Position numbers and translations under genes: made by a program. Shown here one piece after another: positions 29,405-39,704 of a stretch of DNA of 64,000 nucleotides. The notes beneath the pieces are model-generated. The model did not search any database. It was not told the origin of the DNA and was given only the letters and a program-made list of their open reading frames with translations. Origin of the DNA: Deltaproteobacteria bacterium. Lineage in GTDB: Bacteria > Desulfobacterota > DSM-4660 > Desulfatiglandales > HGW-15. The stretch is taken from assembly GCA_016931115.1 (NCBI GenBank), contig JAFGFM010000144.1, forward strand, positions 303 through 64,302, written 5' to 3'. How positions within the stretch are numbered: the first letter of the stretch is position 1; the number at the start of each line of letters is the position of its first letter.

Positions 29405-32323
29405 ATGAACTATCAGGACCTACTCAGGGAAAATAACAGGTTAAAAAATGAGGTGGAACGACTAACCTCGGAAAACAACAGATTAAGACTGTTAATCGAT
29501 GAAGAGTCTCATAGTATCATTAATGTAAAAAGCGATAATTTTATCAGTCAACCTGCCCCTGATATTCTACATCCTGAAAACACCTCTCACCCTGAAGTAA
29601 CAAACCATTCAGACACCCAATCAAAGATCAAATTATTCATGTCGCTGTTTAAAGGTCGTGAGGATGTCTATGCAACACGATGGGAAAACAAAAAGAGGTC
29701 AGGTTCAGGTTATTCACCCGTCTGCCTGAATCAATGGCATAAGGATTTATGTGGCAAACCAAAAATCCCATGCTCAAAATGCAAGAACAGTTCATATGCG
29801 CCATTAAATGAAAGGGTGATAGAGGATCACCTGCGTGGAAATATCATTGCAGGGGTTTATCCCATGATGCTGGATGAAACCTGTTACTTTCTTGCAATAG
29901 ATTTTGATAAGGAGGGATGGCAGAAAGACATCTCTATTTTAAGAGATGTCTGTAATGGGTTTCATATACCTGTAGCAATAGAACGCTCACGGTCAGGAAA
30001 TGGCGGGCATGCATGGTTTTTCTTTGAAGACCGATTACCCGCAACTCTAGCCAGGAGATTAGGCACTGCCCTTTTAACATACTCCATGAATAAAAGACAT
30101 GAGATCAGATTTAAATCCTATGACCGATTTTTTCCAAATCAGGATACACTTCCAAAGGGTGGGTTTGGAAATCTCATAGCATTACCCTTCCAGAAGGAGG
30201 CAAGAAAAAAACAGAACAGCGAATTCATCAATGAAGATTTTGAGCCATACCCTGATCAATGGGCATTCTTGTCATCAATTAAAAAGATAAACGAGGATCA
30301 GGTCGGACAATTTATTGCAGACCTATCACATGGACATGAATTGGGTGAGTTGAAGATCGATGATGAGGAAGACCCTAAGCCGTGGGAGACCACCAGAAAA
30401 ATATCTATTAGTAAAAATGATCTCCCTCAAGTAATTGATGTCGTAAAATCAAATATGCTCTATATCGAAAAGAAAGGTATATCCGAAAAGGCGCTTAACC
30501 ACCTTAAAAGACTGGCATCGTTTAAAAACCCCGAGTTCTACAGGCATCAGGCTATGCATCTCTCAACGCATGATTATCCCAGGGTTATTTCGTGCGCTGA
30601 TGTAACAAAGGATTATCTTTGCCTGCCAAGGGGCTGTGAAATGGAATTGTTTGAAGAACTATCGATTCTTGATGTTGAAGCCAGGTTAATGGACAAGACA
30701 AACCATGGCAGAAAAATAGATGTGGAATTCAAGGGATCATTAAGAGAAGAACAATCTTTCGCCCTTAATCGGATGTTAAGTCATGATATAGGGATATTAT
30801 CAGGCTCGACTGCATTTGGTAAAACAGTGGTCGCAATCAGATTAATTGCAGAAAGAAAGGTAAATACCCTTATTCTGGTTGATAAGGTAAACCTGCTTAA
30901 CCAGTGGGTAGATCGCCTGAATCAATTTCTTGTTATAAATGAACCTTTACCCTATGAACACGATTCAAATCCGAAAAGAGGCAGGAAAAAGCGAACAGGT
31001 ATTATCGGACAATTTGGTGGAGGGAAAAACACCCTGAATGGGGTAATAGATATCGCGTTAATGCAGTCTCTTGTGCGCATGGGAGAGGTAAAGGATTATG
31101 TAAAAGATTATGGGATGATAATTGCGGATGAATGCCATCATGCCTCGGCCTTTAGCTATGAAAGCATTTTAAAGGCTTCAACAGCGAAATATGTGTATGG
31201 CCTTACTGCCACCCCGACCCGAAAGGATGGACATCATCCCATACTGTATATGCAGTGCGGCCCTATACGTTATCGTGATAACCCTAAAAAACAGGCGGAG
31301 AACCGGCCCTTTGATCATTTTGTTATACCCAGATTTACCTCCCTGAGAATACCTTTTGATAGAAACGAAAAGGATATCGGTATTAATGATATCTACCCGG
31401 ATATGATAACAAGTGATTTTCGCAATCAGCAGATTATCACAGATGTTGTTACATGTCACAAGCTTGGAAGAAACTCTGTTGTGCTTTCCCAGCGGACAGA
31501 TCATGTTGACCTGCTTACTGAAAAGCTCAGGGAGGAGATACCCGATGTTATAAAACTGACAGGTAAGATAGGCAATAAACAGGCCCGTGAAGCCATTATG
31601 CAGATCAAGGATTTTCCATCTGACATAAATATTACTATTGTAGCTACAGGCCCTTATATAGGAGAAGGTTTTGATGAGCCACGCCTGGACACATTGTTTC
31701 TCGTAATGCCCATATCCTGGAAAGGGACCCTGCAACAGTATGCTGGCAGGCTCCACCGGTTGTTTGAGAGTAAAAAGGATGTCCTGATATATGATTATGT
31801 GGATGTCCATATCAGGATGCTGGAAAAGATGTATTGCAAACGCCAGAGCGGATATGCATCTATGGGGTACAAGATAAAAGGCGACGCTATGGATTCGGCA
31901 GCAGTGGATATTATTTATAATAGGGACAATTTTTTACCTGTCTTTTCAAATGATATGATCAATGCAAAAAAAGAGATCCTGATCGTAAGCCCATATGTTA
32001 AAAAAAGAAGGGTCTTGCAGATGGCGCAATATATTGATGCTGCTTTACAGAATAAGGTAAGGGTAAATGTAATAACAAGGCCAGTAGAGGATTTTAAGGA
32101 AAAGGATCAGAATGCTGTAAATGCTGCATTGGACATATTAAAAGGTGCGAGCATAAAAGTTGTCTTCAGGTCCAATATTCACCAGAAATTTGCTATCATA
32201 GATCAAAAGATAGTATGGTATGGCAGTATCAACCTCCTGAGTTTTGGTGATTCACAGGAAAGCATCATGAGACTGGATAATTTTAATACTGCTAGTGAGT
32301 TGATTAAAAGTGTTGAAGGGTAA
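29405..32323 (+). CDS. AEP primase-like (TOTE-type) / SF2 helicase / PLD nuclease fusion
   Basis: Cys4 cluster, AIDFD, RSRSGNGGHAW, GNLIALP; TAFGKT, DECHH, TAT, GEGFD, QYAGRLHR; HQKFAIID..GSIN HKD motif. Confidence 0.88.
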   Translation: MNYQDLLRENNRLKNEVERLTSENNRLRLLIDEESHSIINVKSDNFISQPAPDILHPENTSHPEVTNHSDTQSKIKLFMSLFKGREDVYATRWENKKRSGSGYSPVCLNQWHKDLCGKPKIPCSKCKNSSYAPLNERVIEDHLRGNIIAGVYPMMLDETCYFLAIDFDKEGWQKDISILRDVCNGFHIPVAIERSRSGNGGHAWFFFEDRLPATLARRLGTALLTYSMNKRHEIRFKSYDRFFPNQDTLPKGGFGNLIALPFQKEARKKQNSEFINEDFEPYPDQWAFLSSIKKINEDQVGQFIADLSHGHELGELKIDDEEDPKPWETTRKISISKNDLPQVIDVVKSNMLYIEKKGISEKALNHLKRLASFKNPEFYRHQAMHLSTHDYPRVISCADVTKDYLCLPRGCEMELFEELSILDVEARLMDKTNHGRKIDVEFKGSLREEQSFALNRMLSHDIGILSGSTAFGKTVVAIRLIAERKVNTLILVDKVNLLNQWVDRLNQFLVINEPLPYEHDSNPKRGRKKRTGIIGQFGGGKNTLNGVIDIALMQSLVRMGEVKDYVKDYGMIIADECHHASAFSYESILKASTAKYVYGLTATPTRKDGHHPILYMQCGPIRYRDNPKKQAENRPFDHFVIPRFTSLRIPFDRNEKDIGINDIYPDMITSDFRNQQIITDVVTCHKLGRNSVVLSQRTDHVDLLTEKLREEIPDVIKLTGKIGNKQAREAIMQIKDFPSDINITIVATGPYIGEGFDEPRLDTLFLVMPISWKGTLQQYAGRLHRLFESKKDVLIYDYVDVHIRMLEKMYCKRQSGYASMGYKIKGDAMDSAAVDIIYNRDNFLPVFSNDMINAKKEILIVSPYVKKRRVLQMAQYIDAALQNKVRVNVITRPVEDFKEKDQNAVNAALDILKGASIKVVFRSNIHQKFAIIDQKIVWYGSINLLSFGDSQESIMRLDNFNTASELIKSVEG

Positions 32324-32376
32324 TGGTATTCATTCTGTTTCTCAATAATGTCTTAAAAAAAATAGGTTGTGATTTA

Positions 32377-33009
32377 CTAAACAGAAAGAAAAAGATGAAA
32401 GATTATAAATGATTTCGATGCCAAATCATGATGAGTTTCATCAATTACTTTTGCAGATATTATGTCCGATTTTTTGAGTCTTCCGGGTGGTTTAATCTTC
32501 AGTTCATTACATTTGGTTTGGATATAGTTATCAATACCGGTTCGAGCACTTTGAATATCTTCATCAAAAACATACCCGAGCATTGCGCCGGATCTCATAA
32601 AAGGCGCGTATTGCCCACTGATAAAGCGCATCATTCCTTCGTTAACATATGCACTATTTCCGGGAACGAATTGTCCGCTGGGAGAAATATAGCGTAATCT
32701 TTTGGCCTCAATAGCAAAATATGTCTGAAATCCCAGAGTTGATGGCACAAGTAAATCGATCTGCCCGTCTATACTGTCTTCATCTGTGTCAGTTAAGGGT
32801 ATCTGAGGTTGTAGCTGAATGCTAAATGGCCCATCGCGGAATGGATAATCCCTTATTAATTTTTTATGTAAACGAATGGTTATAAGATTTTCTTTTTCAG
32901 ATGCTGTTTTCTTTCGTAATGTTTGACCTCCCAGAACAATTGCCCGTAAAATTATCTGGATATCTTTTTGAGGGAAAAGTTGAATAAATGCATTAGAGGC
33001 ATGTTCCAA
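32377..33009 (-). CDS. Putative PD-(D/E)XK nuclease
   Basis: E..IT..L, GQIDL and AIEAKRL motif; TTG start 2 nt after MTase stop with AAGGAG RBS. Confidence 0.65.
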   Translation of the reverse strand: MEHASNAFIQLFPQKDIQIILRAIVLGGQTLRKKTASEKENLITIRLHKKLIRDYPFRDGPFSIQLQPQIPLTDTDEDSIDGQIDLLVPSTLGFQTYFAIEAKRLRYISPSGQFVPGNSAYVNEGMMRFISGQYAPFMRSGAMLGYVFDEDIQSARTGIDNYIQTKCNELKIKPPGRLKKSDIISAKVIDETHHDLASKSFIIFHLFLSV

Positions 33010-33011
33010 AA

Positions 33012-36000
33012 TTAAGGCTCCTTTTTAGCCAAAGCGATCTCAGCATATATCTTTGCCGCATCATTTAAGGCAGCTGTTCGAGTCCAATTAAAAAGTATAT
33101 TGGGTCGAATGATGAATATTCGATCCCTTAAAATATAAAAAATATCCCGCTCGTAAACCAGCTTTCCTTTTTTTCTTGATACTTGTTTTTGGAGTTTTAT
33201 GAATAGATCAGCATTGTTTTCAAATAGCGGAGCTTCTTTGTAATGAGCTATACTGTTTGATATATAAACTGAAACCATGGCCAAGCCAATTTTTTCGTCA
33301 ATACACCCTTCAGCACTTACACGATATTTTGAACCTTCTGCCTGAGCCCATTCGTTTAATGTATTTGTCAGTGTTTCTGCGTAGGGTTTTAATCTTTCTC
33401 CGTAATAAGGTTTAATCTTCGTATTTTGTAGGGGCTCTATGGTTACTGTTTTAGGAGTTCGCCAGGTTGTTGGCGTTGAACTGGGAATAAAAATATTGAT
33501 TGTATCTTCTATAAGGGTAATTTCCTGCTGTGTAAGTTCGAAATACTTATATATTAATGGTTCCAATTCTTTCTGGAGTAGATCAACCTTTTCTTTTCTT
33601 TCTTTTTGCCATTTTTTGCTGAGGGCTTCATTTCCTAAGGGAAAGATAGCATGACCTTTGGGAGCCGCACTTAATTCGTTCCACATATCATTAAGTTCAT
33701 AGTGGAGCTTGTCTATTTTTTTAGTTACATTTTTAATGATTTGTTCAGCGTCAGGTGAAATGAATTCGTCTCCTGGTAAGCCGAAGGGAACCCGCAGTAA
33801 TTCAAAAAGATGGACTTTATCTCTCTCACTTCCCCAGTTAGCTGATGTATGGAATAGAAAGTATTTAGCAAGATTTGATCGTAAATAAACAGCAAGAAAT
33901 TTTAAAAGATATGTATCTTCTAGAGGACCTGAAATTGAATGGAAACTATTCTGGAAGAGAACATCGAAATCACTATAAGCAACTTTCCCAAAGCCTTGAC
34001 TCACGAGAACTATAGGTGTCTTAAACAAATCTGGAGGAGGCTGGCTATAAAATACATCTGTTCGATAATGCCCTTCTTTTAACATTGATTCTAACGATAT
34101 TGTATCATATTGAGATAGAATTAAATCAGAACACCACCATGATGCCTTTATGCATTTTGTATTCAAAGGCCATTTGATTTTTTTAGGATTACGATCTGCG
34201 TCTTTTTCAAGTTTCTTGTCCGGCCAAGGTTTTAATCCTTGTCCTGCTATCCATCTTTTAGTCTGTTTTTCTCCTCGTAATCTCAAATTGCTTAGTACAT
34301 CTACATGGTTTTCTAGAGAAGGGATTGATTGCATTATATCGAAAAACTTTTGATCTCTATTTGTACCCCAAAGGCGTTTCTTCCAGACTAAAGGAGCCAT
34401 TTTGTTTTTTGATGCACTGAGAATTTCAGATAAATGTATCCAGGAACTGGCGGATGGGTTAATGGTAATAACACCTTTTCTAAGCCCATCACGATTGAAT
34501 TTGGGAGCATTGAACTCTATCTGGTGTTGCCCTGCATGAGGTGAAGAGTTCTTAAACCGTGCAATAATGGCCGGACATAAGGCATTTTGAAAAAGAACAA
34601 ACCTATAATCAGCGAGTTGGATAACCTTTTCCAGTGTCACAGATTTTAACCACTCACCTTGAAAAGAGTCCGTCTGATTCTGTATTATTTTAGAAGGTAA
34701 AAGAAGGCAGCCAATCCCTTGCTCAATAAGATATTGTGGAGCCTTCTCAAGGAATTTCTGCGCAAGTTGTTTGCTTTGACGACCTTTCCATGGTGGATTG
34801 CCTACAATACAATCGAATGTTTTATTCTTAAAGAGTTCTCCCTTTAAAAAATCGGCTTTATGAATAACAGGGATATCAGCCGTTGAACGATCAACCTCAT
34901 CGCCATAATCCAGAAGTTTTGGAAGGGGCTTCCCTGTTTTTTCAACATATTCATTTATATCGCATGGATCAAAAAAGTCCAGATATGCAAGATAAAGGCT
35001 GAAACACGCTATTCTGCATGCAGTTACTTCCACATCAATGCCTCGAATCTGCCTGTCAAGGATCTGATTTAGAGCCTTTGCTTTTGTCGTATAATGTATG
35101 TGACCTGTTTGCGAATAGATCCAAAAATTAGCAAGTCGGTTGAATAGTGTAACCAGGAAAATACCTGAACCACACGCAGGGTCGAGGTATGACCAGTCAT
35201 ATGCCTTCATATCTCCATTTAATGCCACATCAATAACCATCTCTGCCAAAAATCTGGGAGTATAAAAAGCCCCTCGTTCTTTTTGATTTTCCTGATCTTC
35301 TGCCCCCAGAAAGTCTTGATAAATGGCGCTGATTGTTTCAACCGGGATCATCTTAAAATCATATACCCAAAATCCCAGGGTCTTTTGTCCGGTTTGAACC
35401 TGGTGCCCGCCAAGAAAATCCACTAATTTATTTAGATGCTCGGGTAGTATTTTTTTTGCTTCTGAATCAAGGGCTTGGTCAAACATATTTCCATTGAAGC
35501 GTTCCCTGAGATCATTAAAAAGATTCCCATAAAGATAATTAATTCTATCTTTAAAAGAAAGTGATTCCAGTTTAGATGCCAAGAGCATGGTGCCGGTTTG
35601 ATTTGGCGCAAGAGTACCAATTGAGTATATTCTCCGATCAAGAAGATAACAGAGGAATAAAATCCGCCCGATCAAAGAATGGGCATCTTTGATTTCAAGG
35701 CCTTTATCACCTTCAGTCAATGCATTTCGGAGCGCCTTCAGGTTATCAAGAAGCCATGAATCTACAGATTGTTCCGGATCAAATTTCTGATAATGTGTTT
35801 CATAATAATGACCGGAGGCAAGATCATGATACATAGCTTTTATGCGATGCACATACTCGACAAGGGTTAGCTCTTCAACAAGTCCTTTTCCCTTCTCAAT
35901 ATCATTATCATCTTGTGGAGGTGTACCGAGGCCGGAATATATGTATACGGTTGTAGGGTCAGTCAGGACAAGGAGGTTACAAATACCCTGGTTCCAGAAA

Positions 36001-36242
36001 AGCTTTTGAAGACGAACTCGTTCATTCACAGTAAAGGGCCGACCATGCTCTTTAAGATAAAGGACAGGGCGTCCATCTACACATAAAACGCCATCAAGAT
36101 TTAGTTCATTCCATGCACGCCTGATTGCAGACCAATACCCTATCACATTAAGATCATTACATGCCGATTCAAGAGAGTTGTAGAATAGCATCCCGGAAGG
36201 GGGGGACATGTGTTCATTAATAAGGTTTGGCTTTGCTACCAT
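33012..36242 (-). CDS. Large N6-adenine DNA methyltransferase (type IIG/Eco57I-like architecture)
   Basis: GAFYTP, LDPACGSGIF (motif I), VGNPPW (motif IV), long C-terminal TRD-like region. Confidence 0.9.
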   Translation of the reverse strand: MVAKPNLINEHMSPPSGMLFYNSLESACNDLNVIGYWSAIRRAWNELNLDGVLCVDGRPVLYLKEHGRPFTVNERVRLQKLFWNQGICNLLVLTDPTTVYIYSGLGTPPQDDNDIEKGKGLVEELTLVEYVHRIKAMYHDLASGHYYETHYQKFDPEQSVDSWLLDNLKALRNALTEGDKGLEIKDAHSLIGRILFLCYLLDRRIYSIGTLAPNQTGTMLLASKLESLSFKDRINYLYGNLFNDLRERFNGNMFDQALDSEAKKILPEHLNKLVDFLGGHQVQTGQKTLGFWVYDFKMIPVETISAIYQDFLGAEDQENQKERGAFYTPRFLAEMVIDVALNGDMKAYDWSYLDPACGSGIFLVTLFNRLANFWIYSQTGHIHYTTKAKALNQILDRQIRGIDVEVTACRIACFSLYLAYLDFFDPCDINEYVEKTGKPLPKLLDYGDEVDRSTADIPVIHKADFLKGELFKNKTFDCIVGNPPWKGRQSKQLAQKFLEKAPQYLIEQGIGCLLLPSKIIQNQTDSFQGEWLKSVTLEKVIQLADYRFVLFQNALCPAIIARFKNSSPHAGQHQIEFNAPKFNRDGLRKGVITINPSASSWIHLSEILSASKNKMAPLVWKKRLWGTNRDQKFFDIMQSIPSLENHVDVLSNLRLRGEKQTKRWIAGQGLKPWPDKKLEKDADRNPKKIKWPLNTKCIKASWWCSDLILSQYDTISLESMLKEGHYRTDVFYSQPPPDLFKTPIVLVSQGFGKVAYSDFDVLFQNSFHSISGPLEDTYLLKFLAVYLRSNLAKYFLFHTSANWGSERDKVHLFELLRVPFGLPGDEFISPDAEQIIKNVTKKIDKLHYELNDMWNELSAAPKGHAIFPLGNEALSKKWQKERKEKVDLLQKELEPLIYKYFELTQQEITLIEDTINIFIPSSTPTTWRTPKTVTIEPLQNTKIKPYYGERLKPYAETLTNTLNEWAQAEGSKYRVSAEGCIDEKIGLAMVSVYISNSIAHYKEAPLFENNADLFIKLQKQVSRKKGKLVYERDIFYILRDRIFIIRPNILFNWTRTAALNDAAKIYAEIALAKKEP

Positions 36243-36259
36243 ATCTTTCCATCTCTTCG

Positions 36260-36880
36260 TTATAAGCGCCTTAAAACGGCTTTTGCAACACCCTGGACAA
36301 TCATCTCATCAAATGGAGTATAGTCCTTAAAAAGAGGATTTTCTGATTTAAGGTAATAATTGCCTTCTTTTATTGCCAATGTTTTAAGCGTATTCTCTCC
36401 ATCAATCAAGGCAACTACAATATCACCTTCTTTGGGTTGAATGTCTGCATCAGCAATGACCCAATCGCCGCTAAAAATAGCACGCTCTTTCATTGAGTCA
36501 CCATTAACAGTCAAAGCAAAAAGCCGATGTTCAGCCTTGATCCCAAAAATTGCTAGATCAACGTTTATGTCTGCGTTCCTATTCGCTACTTGCTTCTGCG
36601 GATGCCCTGCATTGATTTCACCTAGTATCGGAATAGCATTAACCGCAGTTTTTTTTTCTGAGATAAGGAGTTCAATACCACGGGAGCGCCCCCGATGGCA
36701 ACGTAAAAACCCTTTTTTTTCCAATGCGCGAACATGGTCCACCGCTGCTTTAGGGCTTTTGTATTCGAAATGTTCTGCTATTTCTCGGTAGGTAGGGGAA
36801 GCCCCTTCTTCGCGTATTTTATCTTTTATAAAATTAAGAACCTCCCGTTGTTTTGGTGATATATTTAATGGACTATACAT
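36260..36880 (-). CDS. lexA: LexA-family repressor
   Basis: wHTH SPTYREIA..F..KS..A...H..ALEKKG, Ala-Gly cleavage site (INAG), GDSM Ser and TLKT Lys. Confidence 0.93.
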   Translation of the reverse strand: MYSPLNISPKQREVLNFIKDKIREEGASPTYREIAEHFEYKSPKAAVDHVRALEKKGFLRCHRGRSRGIELLISEKKTAVNAIPILGEINAGHPQKQVANRNADINVDLAIFGIKAEHRLFALTVNGDSMKERAIFSGDWVIADADIQPKEGDIVVALIDGENTLKTLAIKEGNYYLKSENPLFKDYTPFDEMIVQGVAKAVLRRL

Positions 36881-36915
36881 TTGTATAGTATGAATTAAAC
36901 AAGATAGTATGTCAA
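36872..36915 (-). promoter_or_regulatory. Sigma-70 promoter (probably leaderless) and palindromic operator of lexA operon
   Basis: TTGACA(36915-36910)-N17-CATACT(36892-36887)-6 nt-ATG; perfect inverted repeat ACTATACA-TT-TGTATAGT at 36872-36889. Confidence 0.7.
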
Positions 36916-37122
36916 GCTAATATAATGGATCAGGTTTTAAATTATCGAAGAATGATTGATAAAAATACACTGAAAAAATGGAAACTATTTGAAATTGCAT
37001 GGGAAAATGGGAGTAATAAAACAAGGTGCTTTTTTAAACATTCTATTATGTGTAATACATTGAAATAAAGGAAATAATCTGTAAGATAGTGTCATGTTAA
37101 AGAGATCTCTTAAAAAAAATTA

Positions 37123-38778
37123 GTGTGGAAAAAAGAAGTGGTTAAAGCAGATAGATTGTCCCTAAAAATATTACTTATAGCACCCCCCATACAGGATTAT
37201 TACGATACTGAGATACGCCATTTTCCTCTGGGGCTTTTATACCTGAAATCGGCCATTAATCATTTTCACCCGGATGTTGAGGTGAAAATCATGGATTTTC
37301 ACCACGGGCGTGGGAAAAGATCTATCCCTGTACCGCGTGAGTTGAACTACACAAAAAGGTACTTCGGTAAAAATGACCTCTCTCCATTCAGCTCCTTTTA
37401 TCATTACTACCATTTCGGTAAAGACTTTGACTCCATCGTTGATGACATCGTCAGGTTGAACCCGGATCTGGTGGGGATTACCTCTATGTTCACCCCCTAC
37501 TATTTTGAGGTACAGGAGATTGCTTCGAGGATTAAAAGGCAAAATCCCAATATCAAAATCGTGCTTGGCGGCGCTCATGCCTCAATCATGAGTGTAGAAA
37601 AATTAAAGGATGGGTGTGCAGATTATGTGGTGATAGGTGAAGGTGAGCAGGCCATTGTCGAACTTGTCAGCCATCTAAAGGGAGATATGGTAATAGGTGA
37701 TGTATCCTCCCTTGCCTATAAGGATAATAACCAGATAATAGTCAACCCGATTAAAAATTATCAAATAGAGACTATCCCTTCACCTTTAGCAGAGGATTTT
37801 GCATATTCTACTTACAGGGTCAAAGAAAAACCAATGTGCATGATACTTACATCACGTGGTTGCCCATATCAGTGCAGCTTCTGTACAACACACAGGGTCT
37901 TTGGTCGTGGTTACAGGCAGAGAGAGGTTGATTCCATTATAGAGGAGATGAATGCCTACTATCAGAAGGGCGTTAGGTTTTTTGATTTTGAAGATGATAA
38001 CCTCACCCTGAACAAGGGCTTTATAATAGAGCTATGCAGCAAGATAGAGGAAATCTTCAAAGCTGACAAACCTACACTTACTGCGATGAATGGTGTATCA
38101 TACTGGCACCTGGATCAGGATATCCTTAATGCTATGAAAAAGGCCGGGTTCGTTAGCGTTAACTTATCACTGGTATCAAGGGACAGAAATAGCGATCTAT
38201 TAAGGCCCATGGATATGGAGAGATTTAAAGAGATTGCATGGCTTGCATATGAAATGGGCTTTGATATGACCGGCTACTATATACTCGGGCTTCCCGGTCA
38301 GACTATTGAGCAGATGATCGACTCCCTTGAACTGCTAGCCTCATTACCCCTTACAGTAGGCGCAAGCCCCTTTTATCTCCTGCCCGGTTCAACGCTTGCA
38401 GAGGGTATTACCTTTGACCGCGAAAGGATGATAAAGGCAAGACTTACAGCACTGGGCGGTAATGCACAGGATATCTATACCCTTTTCATATTGAGCCGTA
38501 TCATCAATTTTATAAAAACACTTCCTGTAACAAGGGATATGGATATAAGTGAGGTGTTAAGCATGCCATCTAAAGGACGTGAAGGCATAGGGAAAATCAT
38601 TCTTGAGAAATTTTTCAGGGATGGCGAATTGTGTATGAACCTTTCCGGAAACAGGTATGAACCAAATAAAGGTATTAACCCATATATATTAAGGCACCTT
38701 GGCACAACCATTAAAAAAAATGTCACAAAGAATGGCCATACAGTCAGGATTGATCAGTCCATTATATTTTCAGTTTGA
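37123..38778 (+). CDS. Cobalamin-binding radical SAM protein
   Basis: PLGLLYL, PDLVGITS, VLGGAHAS, GEGE, SRGCPYQCSFC, FEDDN; start uncertain. Confidence 0.9.
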   Translation: MWKKEVVKADRLSLKILLIAPPIQDYYDTEIRHFPLGLLYLKSAINHFHPDVEVKIMDFHHGRGKRSIPVPRELNYTKRYFGKNDLSPFSSFYHYYHFGKDFDSIVDDIVRLNPDLVGITSMFTPYYFEVQEIASRIKRQNPNIKIVLGGAHASIMSVEKLKDGCADYVVIGEGEQAIVELVSHLKGDMVIGDVSSLAYKDNNQIIVNPIKNYQIETIPSPLAEDFAYSTYRVKEKPMCMILTSRGCPYQCSFCTTHRVFGRGYRQREVDSIIEEMNAYYQKGVRFFDFEDDNLTLNKGFIIELCSKIEEIFKADKPTLTAMNGVSYWHLDQDILNAMKKAGFVSVNLSLVSRDRNSDLLRPMDMERFKEIAWLAYEMGFDMTGYYILGLPGQTIEQMIDSLELLASLPLTVGASPFYLLPGSTLAEGITFDRERMIKARLTALGGNAQDIYTLFILSRIINFIKTLPVTRDMDISEVLSMPSKGREGIGKIILEKFFRDGELCMNLSGNRYEPNKGINPYILRHLGTTIKKNVTKNGHTVRIDQSIIFSV

Positions 38779-38807
38779 ATTATCTATTTTAATTAGCGGG
38801 TAATCAC

Positions 38808-39638
38808 CTAGAATTCATAAAAAAATCCTAATCCAAACCCAATCTTATCATAACCTTCATCCAGCTCAAAATAGCTGCTGCTTGCGAAAACGCCATAGTT
38901 TTTACCTAACCAGCGCCTGTGTTTCAGGGTAAACTCAAATGAATCCCGATTTATCTCCTCAGGCAAGACGAGATATGATGCGAGGTATGCCTGATTTCCG
39001 AATGAATATGATAACCATGTCCATTGGAGACCCTCTTCCCCATATCCCATGCTTATAAGCTGGGAGTGTGAGTTGACAGAACCGGGGTCACTTTGATTGT
39101 GAAAATATCGGTATTGAAAAATCCATTTTCCCAGATAATAGGTAGGACCACCTGAAATAATAAGATCACTATGTTCGTTAAAATATTCTATATAATTAGC
39201 TCCGATTGTCAGGATGAGTTTCTTTTTTGCACCCAGCTTAAGATTAAAATCATGATCAACCCGGAATTCAGGAAGATATGGGGTATTGCTCCCTAAGGTA
39301 ACAGAAGAGTAAGTATATAAAGAGCTATTCCAGTCTTTATATGCTCCTATAGTACCGGTTAATCCCTCGTCCTCCTGACGATTGTAAAAGGAACCCTGAA
39401 GGAGATATGTGAATCCGATATAGGGCTTTGAGAAGTAAGATAAATTTATGGTCTTCCAGTCTCCATATATTTGATTGGGGGACAGATGTTCATAAGATAA
39501 TGAGGACTCAATACGACGGGTTTTCTTCTCTTCAGCAAAGATGGCAATATTGCTACTTATTATGATGTACGTTATTGTAAATAAAAACAGGATCAACAGG
39601 TTTTTTTTGTCCAACAATTTTTTACCTCTTATCTTCAT
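38808..39638 (-). CDS. YaiO-family outer-membrane beta-barrel
   Basis: Signal peptide, alternating aromatic strands, SYEHL....GDW, C-terminal FFYEF. Confidence 0.75.
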   Translation of the reverse strand: MKIRGKKLLDKKNLLILFLFTITYIIISSNIAIFAEEKKTRRIESSLSYEHLSPNQIYGDWKTINLSYFSKPYIGFTYLLQGSFYNRQEDEGLTGTIGAYKDWNSSLYTYSSVTLGSNTPYLPEFRVDHDFNLKLGAKKKLILTIGANYIEYFNEHSDLIISGGPTYYLGKWIFQYRYFHNQSDPGSVNSHSQLISMGYGEEGLQWTWLSYSFGNQAYLASYLVLPEEINRDSFEFTLKHRRWLGKNYGVFASSSYFELDEGYDKIGFGLGFFYEF

Positions 39639-39704
39639 TAAATTCGTAAGCCTTTTTTTAATACAAGTTTAACCAAAATAATTACTAAACCATACAGATG
39701 AAAT

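Noticed and set aside
31178-31810. 210-aa antisense ORF and the many other 60-180 aa ORFs overlapping long genes
   Set aside because: Fully nested opposite well-supported genes, with no motifs.
37123-38778. B12 radical SAM gene as a RiPP maturase or part of the glycan operon
   Set aside because: No precursor peptide visible, and it is convergent with the operon rather than co-transcribed.
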